Of a stretch of 64,000 nt of DNA, positions 11,620-25,267 are shown piece by piece. A program made the position numbers and the translations under genes. The notes under the pieces are model-generated. The model was given only the letters and a program-made list of their open reading frames with translations, was not told the origin of the DNA and made no database searches. The stretch is from NCBI RefSeq assembly GCF_006345805.1, contig NC_043010.1, positions 55,738,001-55,802,000 of the forward strand. The letters are read 5' to 3'. The first letter of the stretch is position 1; each line of letters opens with the position of its first letter. Source of the stretch: Octopus sinensis. Lineage: Eukaryota.

Positions 11620-11764
11620 CAATCTAATGCGTGAAAAAACGATGAAAATTCGATAAAGTTTCTATAAAGCTAGTTTTTAAACATCGAATGTCAATGGGGG
11701 TCCATTAGAATAAAATGGTAATCAAAGGGTCCACAGATAAAAATAAATGGTTGAGAACCCCTTG
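11620..11764 (+). mobile_element. Old hAT-like element terminus (second copy at ~7480-7620)
   Basis: CTAGTTTTTAAA.ATCGAATG..AGAATAAAAT..TAATCAAAGGG..CAGAT..GTTG.GAACCCC is shared by both loci; the end resembles a Charlie-type TIR. Confidence 0.45.
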
Positions 11765-11974
11765 TTTAGTTAGTTGATTAGTTTGTTTGTTTGTTTCTTT
11801 CTTTCTTTCTTTCTTTCTTTCCTTCTTTCTTTCTTTCTTTCTTTGCTGGTTGGTTGGTTTGTTGGTTGGTTGTTTTAGGTCTTTTCTGTCAGACTCAATA
11901 ACAAAATAAGATAGCGTTATGTCACGTGATAAATAGAAAGTAAATACATGGTTATTTATCACCTAGTTTGATAT

Positions 11975-12074
11975 NNNNNNNNNNNNNNNNNNNNNNNNNN
12001 NNNNNNNNNNNNNNNNNNNNNNNNNNNNNNNNNNNNNNNNNNNNNNNNNNNNNNNNNNNNNNNNNNNNNNNNNN
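11975..12074. other. Assembly gap (100 N)
   Basis: Run of exactly 100 N, the usual placeholder for a gap of unknown size. Confidence 0.99.
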
Positions 12075-13524
12075 GTCCGATCTCACTCACCTCTCCATAT
12101 CATCAACGGTATTTGAGAGGGTGGTGAGATCTCGAATAACCCAATTTCTGGATAGCAACAGACGGCTGATCTCTAACCAACATGGGTTCCGTAATGGAAG
12201 GGACTGCCTAACGCAGCTCCTCATCACTTTGATGACATTTTGAGAGCTTTGGGAGAGGGCTCCAACACCGATGTCATCTACCTTGATTTCAGTAGGCCTT
12301 CGACGACAGGGTTGATCACAAGATCCTATTGAAAAACTATCCAACATGGTGTCTCTCGAAAGTACTGAAATGGATTAAGTGTTTCCTGACAGACAGATCT
12401 CAACATGTTGTAGTTGAAGGGGGGGTTAAAATCAAGCCCAGCCAAAGTCAGTAGTGGCGTTCCGCAAGGCACGTGCTGGGCCCACTTCTTTTTCATCATT
12501 TACATTAATGACATTAATGACATCATCAAGCACCGCAACAAATAAACATCTTTGCAGATGATTCCAAGCTACAGAAGGTCATAAATGAGGCGAGTGACGG
12601 ACATGCCTTCAGTCAGATCTACTGGCTGTATCCAATGGGCAGAAAAAAACAATATGCTGCTGAACGGGATAAATTTGAGTTAATCCACTTTGGAAAAGAG
12701 GATGCCCTGAAACTCCCATACTCCCTTCCTTCAGGTGAAACTCTTGTGGCATCAAACAACATCAGAGACTTGGGAGTAATTGTGGGACAAACAACGTAAG
12801 CTGGGCCACTCATATAACACCAAAGTTGACATGGCCCGCAGAATGTGTTCCTGGATTCTCAGAACTTTCCAGTCGAGAGATATCCACACCATTATCCTTT
12901 CTCTCCACTTTTGCCTGACCCCACCTTGAATACTGTTGTCCACTGTGGTCTCCCCCCACAATACAAGGTATCATAAAAGTTGAAGCACCTCAAAGGGCAA
13001 TCACAAAAAAGATAGATGGCATGACAGGCCTCGACTATTGGGATCGACTAGAAAAGCTAAAAAACTCTATCTCTCAACGTCGTCGTGAGTGCTACATCAT
13101 CTGCATGATGTGGAAAATATTCCATCAGCATTGCCAAATGATGTTGGCATCACTTTAAGGTACATCCAAGGCTTGGGCCCCGTGCCATCCGCCCAAAACA
13201 AAAAAATCGCACTCTCATCTCATAACAACAATACGGCACAATTATTTCACCTCAATTGGCCCCGCTCTCTTTAAATTACACCAAAACACATTAAAACAGA
13301 AACTGACCTATAGGGTTCAAGAAGTCTTTGGAAGATTCCTTCAAGGAATCCCGGATAAACCCCTACAACCGGGATATGTCTCTGTGTAAACATAAACTCT
13401 CTACTTCAGTGGGCCATAGTGCCCAAATTCTGACTGAAAGACTTCACCAGTGGTGTGCTATTAGTTAGACATGGCCTGGGCCAATAATGGCCGAAACCTA
13501 TCAAAGTATCAAAGTATCAAAGTA
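12075..13524 (+). mobile_element. CR1/L2-group LINE, RT region and 3' end
   Basis: Frameshifted RT motifs FERVV..NQHGFR.GR.CLTQLL, YLDFS, SGVPQG, LLFIIYIND, FADDSK; ends in an 8-bp tandem tail (TATCAAAG)x3. Confidence 0.85.
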
Positions 13525-13750
13525 TATATATATATATATACACATAATATATATATATATACACATACATATATATTATATATATATATATACACTATAT
13601 AGATATATATATATACCCATACATTATATATATTATATATATATACACATACAATATATATATATATTATTATTATATATATTACACATACATATATATA
13701 TATATATATAACACATACATATATAATATATATATATATATATTATATAT

Positions 13751-13784
<34 letters not shown>

Positions 13785-13905
13785 GACACATACATATATA
13801 TTATAATATATATAACACTACATTATATATATTAGATAGATATATATCTACACATAATATAGATAGTATATATATATATCTATATATATATATACACTCA
13901 TATAT

Positions 13906-13937
<32 letters not shown>

Positions 13938-13987
13938 CACATACAGATATATATATAATATTATATATATATAACCACATACATAAG

Positions 13988-14029
<42 letters not shown>

Positions 14030-14041
14030 ATATATACATAC

Positions 14042-14079
<38 letters not shown>

Positions 14080-14081
14080 CA

Positions 14082-14114
<33 letters not shown>

Positions 14115-14117
14115 CAT

Positions 14118-14156
<39 letters not shown>

Positions 14157-14188
14157 CATATATATATATATATATACATACATATATA

Positions 14189-14275
<87 letters not shown>

Positions 14276-14315
14276 CATTATATATATATATATACATATA
14301 TATAGATATATAATA

Positions 14316-14349
<34 letters not shown>

Positions 14350-14680
14350 CTATATAATATATATATACATATACTAGATATATATATACATACTAGATAT
14401 ATAATATATCATATATATACATATTATAATACATATATATATATATAATATATAATATATATACATATATATATATATATATCACATATATATATCATAT
14501 ATATATACATAATATATAATATGATTACATATATATATACATATATATATTACATATATAATACATATATATACATAGACATATATATACTATAATATAC
14601 ATATACATATATATATATATATATATACATATTATAATAGATATATATATAACATATATATATACATATATATATATAAC

Positions 14681-14716
<36 letters not shown>

Positions 14717-14956
14717 AATTATATATCAATATATATATATATACATATATATAGATATACATATATATATATATACATATATATATAATTATAATATATA
14801 TAATATATATATATATATATACAATTATATATATATTATATATAATATTATAGATATATTATATATATAGAGAATATATATCTATATATACATACATATT
14901 ATATATAATGTATATATATCTTATACATAACATAGAATATATATATTATATATATT

Positions 14957-14995
<39 letters not shown>

Positions 14996-15707
14996 ACCAT
15001 ATATATATATCATATACATATAGATATATATATATATATACATACCTATTATATATATACATATATATACATATATATATTATTATGTATAATATATATC
15101 ATATATATACACCTACACCTATATATATATATATAATACTATATATATAACTATTATATTATATATATATATTATATAGACATACATATATATATATATA
15201 TATATTAATATACATATAATATATATATACTATATATTACATATATATATATATATATACATACAATATATATATATATATATATAACATATATACATAT
15301 ATATATATTATATATATTATATACATACATACATATATAATATCTATATACAATACATACCTATATATATATATATAATATACATACATCTATTTATATA
15401 TACATAATATATATATATATAACATACTATATATATTATATATACATACATATATATATATATATATTATATACTACATATCTATATATATATATATACA
15501 TACATATCTTATATATATAATTACATACATATATATATATATATATATACTATATAATATATATAATACATATATATATATATTATACATATATATATAT
15601 ATATACTATAATTATATATATCTATATATCTATACTAACATAATACATATATATATATAATATATATATATTATTATACATACATATGTATATATATATA
15701 TATATAT

Positions 15708-15740
<33 letters not shown>

Positions 15741-15823
15741 GTATTAGTTATATATATATATATACAACATACTATATATATATATATAGATATATACATA
15801 TAATATAGATATTATATATATCC

Positions 15824-15854
<31 letters not shown>

Positions 15855-16245
15855 CATACATATATATATATATAATATATATATATATTATACATACATA
15901 ATACATATATATATATATATATTATATATATATTATATACATACATACTACTATATAATAATATATATATATCTATATTATACATCATAGATATTAGATA
16001 TATATATATATTACTATATATATATATCATACATATATATATAATATATATACATAATATATAAATAATATATATATTATATATATACATACATATATAA
16101 TATTATACATAATATATATATATAGATATATTATATACCATATATATATAGATATCTAATATATACATATATATATATTATACTTATTATATCCATACAT
16201 ACATATATATATATATATATACATACATATATATATATATATAAT

Positions 16246-16285
<40 letters not shown>

Positions 16286-16788
16286 TTATTATATATATAT
16301 ATATCATATATATATCTATATATATATATATATATACATACATACATATCTATATATATATATTATATATTAATTATATACATACACATATATATATATT
16401 ATATATATATATATAACACATACTATATATATATATATTATATATATATACATACATAATATATATATATATATATGATATATATATAACCATCCATATA
16501 TGAATATATATTATATATATACATTAACATATATATATATATATATATTATATCCATATATATAATATATATATATATATATACATACATATATATATAT
16601 TATATATTATATATATATATACATACTACATACATTCTATATAAGATCATATATTATATATATATATATACATACATTACATATATCTATATAATATATA
16701 TATATTATATATATACATATATATAGATATATATATATATACCTATATATATATCTACATACTCTATTATATATATATATATATATAC

Positions 16789-16822
<34 letters not shown>

Positions 16823-17358
16823 CTATATATATATATATATATATATATACAATACATATAGTATATAACATACATATAAAATATATATATACATCTATAT
16901 ATATATATATACATACATATATATATAATATAATATATACATATATATATATATATATACTCATATATATATATATATATATACATACATATATATTATC
17001 TATATTATTATATCATACATAATATATATATATATATATACATACTATATATATATATATATCTATACATACATACAGTATATATATATATATATATATA
17101 TATATAATGTATATATATATATATATATAAGATATATATACATACATATAAGATATATCATATATATACATACATATATATATATATATATAATACATAC
17201 TATATATATAGATATATATTAGACATATATATATATATATATAATTACATTACATCATATATATATATATCAACATATAGATATATATAATACATATATA
17301 TATATAATATATATATATACATAATATATATATATATATCTATATTATATATATATAT

Positions 17359-17402
<44 letters not shown>

Positions 17403-17590
17403 TACATATATATATATATATATACATACATATATATATATAATATATACATACATATATATATATAATATACATACATCTTATATATATATATATAATA
17501 TACATACAGATATATAATATTTATATAAAGATATATATATATATATATACATACATATATATATATGTATATAATATAATATATATACAT

Positions 17591-17627
<37 letters not shown>

Positions 17628-17880
17628 TATAGTATTACATACATATATCTATATATATATATATATACATACATATACTATATATATATATATTATTACA
17701 TACATATTATATATACTATATATATATATACATACCATATATAGCTATATATATATATACATACATATATATATATTATATATATATATACATACATATA
17801 TATATATATATTATATATATATACATAACATATATATATATATATATACATACATATATATATATATTATATATATATAT

Positions 17881-17955
<75 letters not shown>

Positions 17956-19324
17956 CATATATTATATATTATACATACATATATATATATACATATATAT
18001 ATACATACAATATATATTATATATACATACATATAATATATACATATATATATACATACATATATATATATAGATACAATACATATATACATACATATAT
18101 ATATATATATACATACAATATATATATATATACATACATATATACATACATATATATATATATTACATACATATATAATATATATATACATAAATTATAT
18201 ATAATATACATACATATATATATATATATATATCTGACATACATATATATATATATATATAAATATATATATACATACATATATATTATATATATACATT
18301 ATATATACATACATATATTATATATATATATATACATATATATATATTATATATATATATACACATATATATATATATATATACATATATATATACATAC
18401 ATATATATTATATATATATATATTAGATATTATATATATACCTACATATTATATATATATATAATAGTATATATATATAGATATATATATATATATAGAC
18501 ATAGATATATACATACATATATATATATATATATCTATTAACATACATATATATATATATATATATACATACATACTATATATATATATATATATACATA
18601 CTACTATATATATATATTATATAGATATATACAATACATATCTATATATATATATATATACACATATATATATATATTTATATATACATACAATATATAT
18701 ATATATAATACATACATATATTATATATATAGATATATTATATACATATATATATAAGACTATATATATATACATATATATATATATCATATTATATAAA
18801 TATACATATATTATATTATATCATATAATATATACATATATATTACATATATATATATACATACATCATATAATATATACATACATATATATATCACATA
18901 TAATTATATATATATACATTCTATATATATAAATACATATATATATTATACCATACATATATATATACATATATATATATATCAACATACATATATATAT
19001 ACTACATATATATATATATATATAATATATATACATAATATATATACATATTATATACATATACATCTATATATACCTATATATGATCTATACATATATA
19101 TATTTAATATATAACATATTATATATCTATACATACATATATATACATAATATATATAACAATTATAAATACATATATATACATATATATATATATACAT
19201 ACATATATACATATTATATATATACATACATCTATAACATATATATACATACAATATATATATACATAAACTATATCTACATATATATACATACATATAT
19301 ATATATACATACATATTAACATAC

Positions 19325-19355
<31 letters not shown>

Positions 19356-19486
19356 CATATATATATAATATTATATATACACATATATAATACACATATA
19401 TATACACATATATATATACACATATATATATACATATATTATATTACACATTATATATACATATATATATACACATATATATATAC

Positions 19487-19517
<31 letters not shown>

Positions 19518-19544
19518 CATATATATATATACATATATATATAC

Positions 19545-19580
<36 letters not shown>
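13525..19580. repeat. ~6-kb (TA)n/(TACA)n simple-sequence array
   Basis: Continuous TA-dominated tract with periodic CATA/TACA interruptions and many irregular single-base indels. Confidence 0.95.
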
Positions 19581-20368
19581 GTATAGAGACGCTGCTAGTA
19601 AGGTGAGGGTTGGCAACGAGTACAGTGAAGAATTCCGGGTAGAGGTTGGGGTCCACCAAGGTCAGTCCTCAGCCCCCTTTATTTATCATAGTCCTCCAGG
19701 CAATAACGGAAGAATTTCAAGACAGGATGCCCCTGGGAGCTCCTCTATTCTGATGACCTTGCTCTAATTGCTGAGTCACTATCAGAACTGGAGGAGAAGT
19801 TTCAGGTGTGGAAACAGGAATAGAATCGAAGGGCCTTAGAATCAACGTAGCTAAACCCAAAGTCCTAATAAGTAGGAAGGTGGACCAACACAAACGACTT
19901 CAGGTAGATGGCCCTGCTCGATCTGTAAAAAGGTGTAGGTAGAAACTCTATAAGGTGCACCAAGTGTAAGCTATGGACACATAAGAGGTGCAGCAATGTC
20001 AAAGGTAGGCTAACTGGGAAGATAGTTTTCGTATGTGGCAGATGCTCAGGAGAAATAAACACTGGAAATGTGCAGAGACCAACTTCTACCACGTTCCAGG
20101 GAGACAAACTAGAAGTAGTTGATAGCTTCCGCTACCTAGGAGACCAAGTCAGCAGCGGGTGTGGGTGTGCTAAAGTGTAACTGCTAAAGTAAGAATAGCC
20201 TGGGCAAAGTTTAGAGAGCTCTTACCCCTGCTGGTGACAAAAGGCCTCTCGCTCAGAGTAAAAGGCAGACTGTATGATGCATGTGTACGTACAGCCATGC
20301 TACATGGTAGTGAAACATGGGCCATGACTGCTGAGGATATGCGTAAGCTCGCAAGAAATGATGATGAT
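19581..20368 (+). mobile_element. RTE-clade LINE internal fragment
   Basis: [38 protein letters not shown]-like region..[20 protein letters not shown]; homologous to the 50418-52657 copy. Confidence 0.9.
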
Positions 20369-20429
20369 CTATATATATATATACATACACACACACATAT
20401 ATACACACACACACATGCATAGATGTAAT

Positions 20430-20471
<42 letters not shown>

Positions 20472-20739
20472 CTGTGTGTATGTTTGTGTAATATGTATGT
20501 GTATAGTTACATACATGTTAATATGTATATAATGAGACAAAACGTGACACTTTCAAAACAATGATTAAAACAAAACTGACATCTTGAATTGTCTTTAACT
20601 TCAACAGCTACATAGCAACTGACTTTAAGAATACAAACCCCTGTTCTTTCTTTCCTGTCTTAACTTTTTCTTCTTTTTCTTTCTGTAATGAAGCCTTCAA
20701 AAGTTCATCAGATACACACGCACCTGTGCGCACACGTGT

Positions 20740-20780
<41 letters not shown>

Positions 20781-21555
20781 ACACACACCACACACATACA
20801 TCAGTACACACACATACAGATAACAAAAGTACGTTGTCTTCCCCACTCAACTCTAGGTTTTTTTCAACTAACACTCATGTACATACTCAAGACATAAATT
20901 CTCTGTAAAATTAGTTCTGCTGATCTTCCGAAATGAGATGGGTTTGTCAAAGAAAGTAAAGCTACAGGAAACCAAAAGACAAATGATCACAATAAGCAGT
21001 CAGCTATTCTCTCCAATGTAGGATTCCTCACCTTACAAGTGACAGGCACAGCCATAAGATGCACTACTGATCTATAGCAATTGGAAAGGCATGACCCAAC
21101 TCAAATAAACATTAACAACTGTATGACATGAGGACTAAGGGGAAATGAAAATATTACCTCTGGAGTTTGCCAATGATCACTATGTCAATAGGTAACTGGA
21201 CAGAATAAGTTTGCAATCTATAAATCTCTTAGAATGACCAGTAACTCATCTGGGAAGGCCCTGAAATCAATGTTACCATCTGGGGACTATCTGTGACCCA
21301 GTGGTAATAAAAAGACTCAAAGGAGGTCTGCAACCAAATAACTTTGCTCAACACATTGCAACTGAATCAGTGGAGGCAAAGATGCTTCTCCTTTACTTGA
21401 CAATTTATGCACGACATTGCAGAAATCACAATCTAAGTATATCTCAAAGCAAAGTCTTACACTGTTGTACCATTGAATGACAATGCTCATCTTTTATGCT
21501 CAGGTGACCCTACAACTTCCAAGAGTACAATTGTATTAATCTTTGCTTAAGAAAT

Positions 21556-22211
21556 GACTAAATTGTGGGTGTTAAGTCCCCATTAAGTTGAAATTTTAGA
21601 AATATTACATCATTTGTGTCTAATATCTATGGTTAAAATTTCATCAACAGAAAAAGTTTACGAATTTTCGTGGGCGTTATGTCCTCATTTATGCTCCCTC
21701 ACTTTCAAAAATATACTGCATTAACATCTGCCCTTATACATAGAATATACATAGAATATACATAATTTCATACATAATTTCCAAATTTCATAAAGATCTA
21801 TTCAGTACTTTTGACCTAATTTTGGATCATAAAAAGTGACTAAAATTTGGGAGTTAAGGCCCCCATTAGGGGATCTTAGAATCATCAAGAGAAGTGGGAA
21901 CTTTAGGAATACTTCTTGATGTGTGCCAATTACTCATGGTTGGAATTTCATCAACATCGAAAATTTATGAATTTTCATGGTGTGGTTCTGCCCCCCTTTA
22001 AGCCATCTCACCACCCTTATGCATTGAATCTAAGTTCCAAATATTATAAGGATCCATTCAGTAATTTTGGTCCATGAAATTGTATGAAAGATACAGCATT
22101 ACCCTTCTCCTTAGGCTTGGATTTTGGGTTCCAAATTTCATTAGGATCGGTGCAGCAGTTTTCGAATGTATAAGTAACAGACATAAAGACATTGAATTTT
22201 ATATAACAGAT
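21556..22211 (-). mobile_element. Non-autonomous Helitron/HINE-like element with an internal ~280-bp tandem duplication
   Basis: Minus-strand start ATCTGTTATATAAAATTCAATGTCTTTATGTCTG; recurring CCAAATTTCAT..GATC motif; 21556-21835 is similar to 21838-22080. Confidence 0.5.
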
Positions 22212-22339
22212 ATGAATATGTACATATACATCCATGTATATGTGTGTGTGTGTATTATATATATATATACATATACACACAAAAAAATAGATTGACAGAT
22301 ACAATTGAATGGGCAAACAAAAATATGAGACACTGCCTA

Positions 22340-22491
22340 GTGCTTTTGTTATCTTGATAAACCTGGCACTTATTCTATCAGTTTCTTTTTGTCAAACCAG
22401 TAAGCTATGGGGATGTAAATAAACCAACAGCAGTTGTTAAGCAGTGATGAGGGACAAACACAGACACAATGACATGCACATACACTTACAT

Positions 22492-22540
<49 letters not shown>

Positions 22541-22700
22541 ATTGATTTCTTTCAGTTTTTGTCTATAAAATCTACTGACAAGGCATTGGCTGGTCTGAGG
22601 CTACAGCAGAAGACACATGCTAAGTCATCACACAGTGGGACTGAACCCAGGACCATGTGTTTTGGAACCAAGTTTCTTACTACACAGCCACACCTGCACC
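22340..22700 (-). mobile_element. Older copy of the microsatellite-bearing SINE
   Basis: Diverged homologue of 5080-5506. Confidence 0.7.
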
Positions 22701-23223
22701 TATATATACAGGTGTGTGTGTGTATATATGTATATGTATACATATGTATATATATGTGTACATGGAAAAGGATGCGTGGCATTCGATCATTTGATAATAT
22801 AAATAATATATAAATATATGCATATATACATATATGTACATACCTACATATATATGTATATATACATGCATATATGGGTACAGGACATAAAAAAAAACGT
22901 TGAACACAATGAGAAATGAAAACATAAAAACAAAAACATAGAAACAAATTTTTTTCGAACAACAAAAAAAAAACAAACAGAGAAACATGACATACAACAT
23001 AAAGAATATTCCCCTTTTTCAGTTGTCCCTGTTTCATCTACTCCACATTCTGAAGGCAAGGGCAAGACGCAACTTTGTTGAAACAGTCCTTCCCGCAAAG
23101 CAAATTAAATAAAATTTGGAATTTATAATCATATTGATTAGAATTCCCATGGAAAAATGTCTGATAGTCTGACAACATAACATTTCATACCAAAATTTAT
23201 CATTCCATTTACTTCTACTACAG

Positions 23224-23404
23224 GATCCATTGGCTGTTGATGTAAGAACAAAACCTTTAGATTCTCCCCATTCTACAGACTCCCTTTCTGGAGATATTCT
23301 GAATATTGCAGAAAATTTTAATCAGCCAGAAAAGAAAATTTTGTCAACATCAAAGGTCATTTTTCCAGAAAATTCTAAGATGGAATTTAACCAAATGCAA
23401 AACA
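23224..23404 (+). CDS. Exon 1 (first seen): low-complexity N-terminal region
   Basis: ctactacag|[20 protein letters not shown]|gtaagt; phase-1 donor fits the next exon. First in-frame ATG at 23380. Confidence 0.6.
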
Positions 23405-25199
23405 GTAAGTAGAAATGTCTTGGGTAATCAAAAATAATGAATCAATGGCTAAGATTTTAATGTAATATTAGAGATGATAAATATATGAATTTAGAGTTTG
23501 ACTAATAAAATTTAAACACAGACAGAAAAGGAAAAGACATATTGGACAATGCAATTGAAGGTTACTACTGACTTAGAAACATTCATGGCTGGAATGACTC
23601 TGATCAAATATTTGCTCAGTCAGAGCTGACACACAGCTAAATAACACCAGATGACACATCATCTGATTAGTGTGACCTAGCATTTTGTGACCTGACCTCC
23701 TTCCTTATTGTCCATGATCATCTGTCATAAGTACTTCCCACAGTCAAAGCACTAAGCAATTTACAACTTCAGAATATTTTAACATTAAAAACAATTATTT
23801 GAGGCAGAGATAAGAACAGCAGTATCACAGATAAGATAAGAACTCAGTATTTATTAGTTGCTATGTTACCTGTTTGCATTACAGAGCACATTTAGCCATC
23901 ATTACATCTTCTAAAACCAGATGAAATAAACTGTTGATGTTCTGTAATTACCTGAGTATCTGACAGAGACAGAAAGTTGCATGTGCTCTGTACTTTAACA
24001 GAGGTTGTGAAATGTTTACAAAATATCTTTCATCAAAATATAATTTTAAAAAATAAGGCAGGAACCTCTTAGATCACAGCTTGGCTGTGTCAGGGTTAAG
24101 CAAGATTAAATAACAACAACAATTACAACACCCAATACTAATTACAATATTAGACATTAGATAATGTTGTCTTTGATATACTATTGGAATAAAAATGGAA
24201 CTTAATCTATTGGCTCATAAGGTCCACTGGATTGGAACTGGCCTCAACAATAATCATAATGTCAAATATATTAGATAGTGTAGTCCTAGATACACTATGA
24301 ATGAATAAAAGATAAGATAATCACCACAGGAATCCCTTTGATTATAGACCATCATCATGGTAATCATTTAATGCCTATATTGCATGCTGATATGGATTGG
24401 AGGGTTGGACAGGTGCTGGCTAGCTAGAGAGCTTCACACTGTTTTTGTATGGTTTCTATGGCTGGATGCCCTTCCTAATGTCAAGCACTTTATGGGGTGC
24501 TTTTTACAGGGTGCACTGTTATGGGTACTTGCTATGTGACACTGGCATAAATGCTTAATTACATGGTACCAATATAAGTGCTTTTTATGTGGCATCAGCA
24601 CGAGTGCTTATCTACACGGCACCAACACTGGTGTCTATATGTCTGTGGCACAGGCACTGGGGATTTTCATGTAATGCCGAAATGGGTGCTCCTCAGTGTT
24701 AGATGCATGCACTTCGTGAAAAGAAGAAGACCCCTATAAAATATGTGCCTAACGATGCAATTCTTAACCTGCTAGAAATTGCAGCCAAATCAATCTCTCA
24801 CAAATCATATTTTACCATCTTAAACAAAGCAGGACACACTGGATAATGTGTGTATGTCTGTATGTATATACATATATATTACCGTGATCACCGTGACCGA
24901 CCAGGCTATCAGATGTTGCTACACATCGCTGGTCACAATACACTTCACATTGTTCTAGCCTTCAAATGACGCCACCCCGCTGGCTAAGCGAGAAGGCCAA
25001 GCAGAAGAAAGAGTGAGAGAAAGTTGTGGCAAAAGGGTACAGCAGGGATCGCCACCACCCCCTGCCAGAGCCTTGTGGAGCTTTAGGTGTTTTCACTCAA
25101 TAAACACACACAACGCCCGGTCTGGGGATCGAAACGGCGATCCTCCGACCGCGAGTCTGCTGCCCTAACCACTGGGCCATTGCGCCTCCACACACACAC

Positions 25200-25267
<68 letters not shown>

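Noticed and set aside
10428-11974. Iron-responsive element for ferritin
   Set aside because: The 5' UTR is not in the visible sequence; no CAGUGN stem-loop could be tied to the gene.
20608-20725. Possible minus-strand terminal exon (..VSDELLKASLQKEKEEKVKTGKK..AM*) or upstream ferritin exon
   Set aside because: It ends in a stop, has no ferritin similarity, arises from a purine-rich low-complexity tract and has no partner exons.
605-22900. Dozens of ORFs rich in YI/VC/HT dipeptides
   Set aside because: They are translations of (TA)n, (TG)n and (CA)n microsatellites, which lack stop codons in some frames.
23000-23075. Permuted hammerhead in a pLTR-like repeat (minus strand)
   Set aside because: Both core boxes are degenerate (CTGAAAA, AGAA); not supportable from this copy.
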